From positions 124,001 through 188,000 of the forward strand of contig CALSCP010002431.1 of NCBI GenBank assembly GCA_943704425.1: 64,000 nucleotides of DNA, written 5' to 3'. The position numbers and the translations under genes were made by a program. Under the pieces are notes generated by a model. That model was not told the DNA's origin. It saw only the letters and a list, made by a program, of their open reading frames with translations, and searched no databases. Shown piece by piece: positions 62,401-64,000 of this stretch (positions are counted from its first letter, which is position 1; each line of letters starts with the position of its first letter). This DNA is from Ministeria vibrans ATCC 50519 (lineage: Eukaryota; Protista; Filasterea).

Positions 62401-64000
62401 AGCTTCCCGAACATCTTCAGCGCTTCTGTGCATCGCGCAAGCCTCACGTCACAACAGCCGTGTCGCCTCACGGTGCCTCCAACGTCGACGTGTTGTCCAT
62501 TCCCGACGACGACTGGACACCCATTGTCAACGAGCGACAGCAGCTCACTCTGCGCGGTCACACTCAGCTGTTTGAGCGCTTCCTTGTCGCCGGTATTGAC
62601 CATGCGGTGGGCCAGGGTGACGACAGCGCCAGCGACGACAGTGCGAGCGAACGACACGTTGACGCGCGCGGTCTCGAGACGGTTCGAGTGGCGGCTCTGA
62701 CTCAAGGTGCAGGCGCTTTGGAACTCATGGAAGCAGTGTCGTGGAGTGCGTCGCTTAACGCTCGCACGAAACGTCAGTGTGCGGAGCAGACACGACTGCG
62801 CGAGAGTGCGCTGGACGAGATCCGTTGTCTAGCCGAGCTGGTCATACCGGGCACCACGCTTCATCTTGTGGGCTCGTACCGTCTTGGCGTGCACTCGGCC
62901 GAGTCCGATCTTGACTGTGTTGCTGCTGTCCCTGCCACTGCGCCCATTTCGACCGCATCCTTTCTGCGTGAGCTGGTCGATGTTGCGGCCAAGAGCCCTT
63001 CGGTGATGTCGCTGCGCTCGGTGCCTCATGCGCGAGTGCCCATTGCATCAGCGAACATCTTTGGCATCAACGTGGACGTTCAGGTGGTGCGCGACGACGA
63101 GCCACAGAGCGACGGAATGCGCGCAGTCTCGGAGGTGGAGTACTTGCTGGCGAGCAGTGCGCTTGATCAGGAGGCGCGTCGCTTGCGTGACGCTTGGCGT
63201 CTGCTTCTAGTGATTGTAAAGCGATGGGCGAGCGCACGGGGTGTGTCACCCTGTCGCTTTGGCTTCCCCGGCGGTCATGGTTATGCGGTGCTGTGTCGTG
63301 CACTGGTGTTTGCACGCGCTCACGAAGGCGACTCCATTGCGCTTGTGGACCTTGTGCCTGCGTTCTTTGTCCGCTACGCTCACATGCCCTGGGCGACACG
63401 AAGCGTCTGTGGCGACGGCACGACATCTCCGCACGACGGCGCACACCCCATGGTTATTGCGGCAACTCCCGAGTCGCTTGAGAGCGACGCAGTGGCAGGC
63501 AATGTGGCACGCTCGGCCACAGCGAGCAGTGTGACGGTGCTGGAAGCCGAGCTCAAGCGTGCCGCTGACATCCTGAATGTTGGTGCAACCAGCGGTGTTG
63601 CTGAGATGGTGACGCTTCTTGAGCGAGTGTGTCGACCATCAATACGCGAGTGGCAACGCACATTCCGTTCATTTGTGAGTGTGACAACGTGTGCATCCAA
63701 CCCAGCGCTCCTCGAGACACTCGTGAGTGCCGTCGAGTCCCGTCTGATTGGGCTTCAGCGCTCACTGGAGCGCGACCATCTTTGCTCCTTGGTCCGTGTC
63801 TACCCACATCATTACAACGAGCACCAGCCACCGTCGCAGTGCCCACATGCGGTGCGCCATGCCATTGGCTATTCGCTCGCCGAGGGACGCACTGCCGCCG
63901 CTGTCGAGACGGCTATTAACGACTTTCTGGCAAGCGTGCGCGCCACTCCCGAGTTCTTGGGTGTGCCCTATGGCGAACGCGCCAGAGTCGATGCAAAGGT
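59463..64000 (+). CDS. Multidomain RNA end-processing protein: 2H phosphoesterase - MJ1316 - 2H (AKAP7-like) - HAD phosphatase - 2H - poly(A) polymerase-like NTase/central domain; runs off the window
   Basis: Introns 60261-60330, 60426-60488, 60584-60648 and 60752-60826 preserve the frame; last exon 60827->64000 is open. Motifs: HFT/HLT; LSRIKWD..VGWYDR..IPEHRVRQLKYRGKIVWDR; HMT/HVS; IFDFDGTL..LLTGR..YK..YDDD; HIT/HVT; VGSYRLGVHSAESDLD..VDVQ..VKRWASARG..FGFPGG. Confidence 0.9.

Noticed and set aside
61620-62705. 361-aa minus-strand ORF, and similar long antisense ORFs at 30891-32012, 45625-46500 and 47757-48644
   Set aside because: Antisense shadows of GC-rich coding exons whose sense strand carries the conserved motifs.

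Overview
Gene-dense, intron-containing eukaryotic nuclear DNA with short GT-AG introns, many microsatellites and several N gaps. Gene content (EFR3, POMT1/PMT4, site-1 protease, forkhead factor, EGF-containing adhesion GPCR, DGAT1, ATP-type PEPCK) suggests a unicellular opisthokont, possibly a holozoan protist; this is inference only. About 25 protein-coding genes are recognisable, and there is no rRNA, tRNA, CRISPR array or intact transposon. Five observations stand out. (1) At 59463->64000 lies a large spliced gene whose main exon is missing from the ORF track; it encodes 2H phosphoesterase + MJ1316 + 2H + HAD phosphatase + 2H + poly(A)-polymerase-like nucleotidyltransferase, a candidate single-chain RNA 3'-end healing and re-tailing enzyme. 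(2) The mitochondrial-type LeuRS has lost its entire CP1 editing domain. (3) The HBS1 gene has two in-frame 3' splice sites that would include or skip Ski7-type motifs. (4) An adhesion GPCR carries bacterial-type lamin-tail-like and receptor-L-like repeats. (5) A GBP/atlastin-like GTPase is fused to a C-terminal RING finger. Exon boundaries were read by eye and are approximate unless stated.
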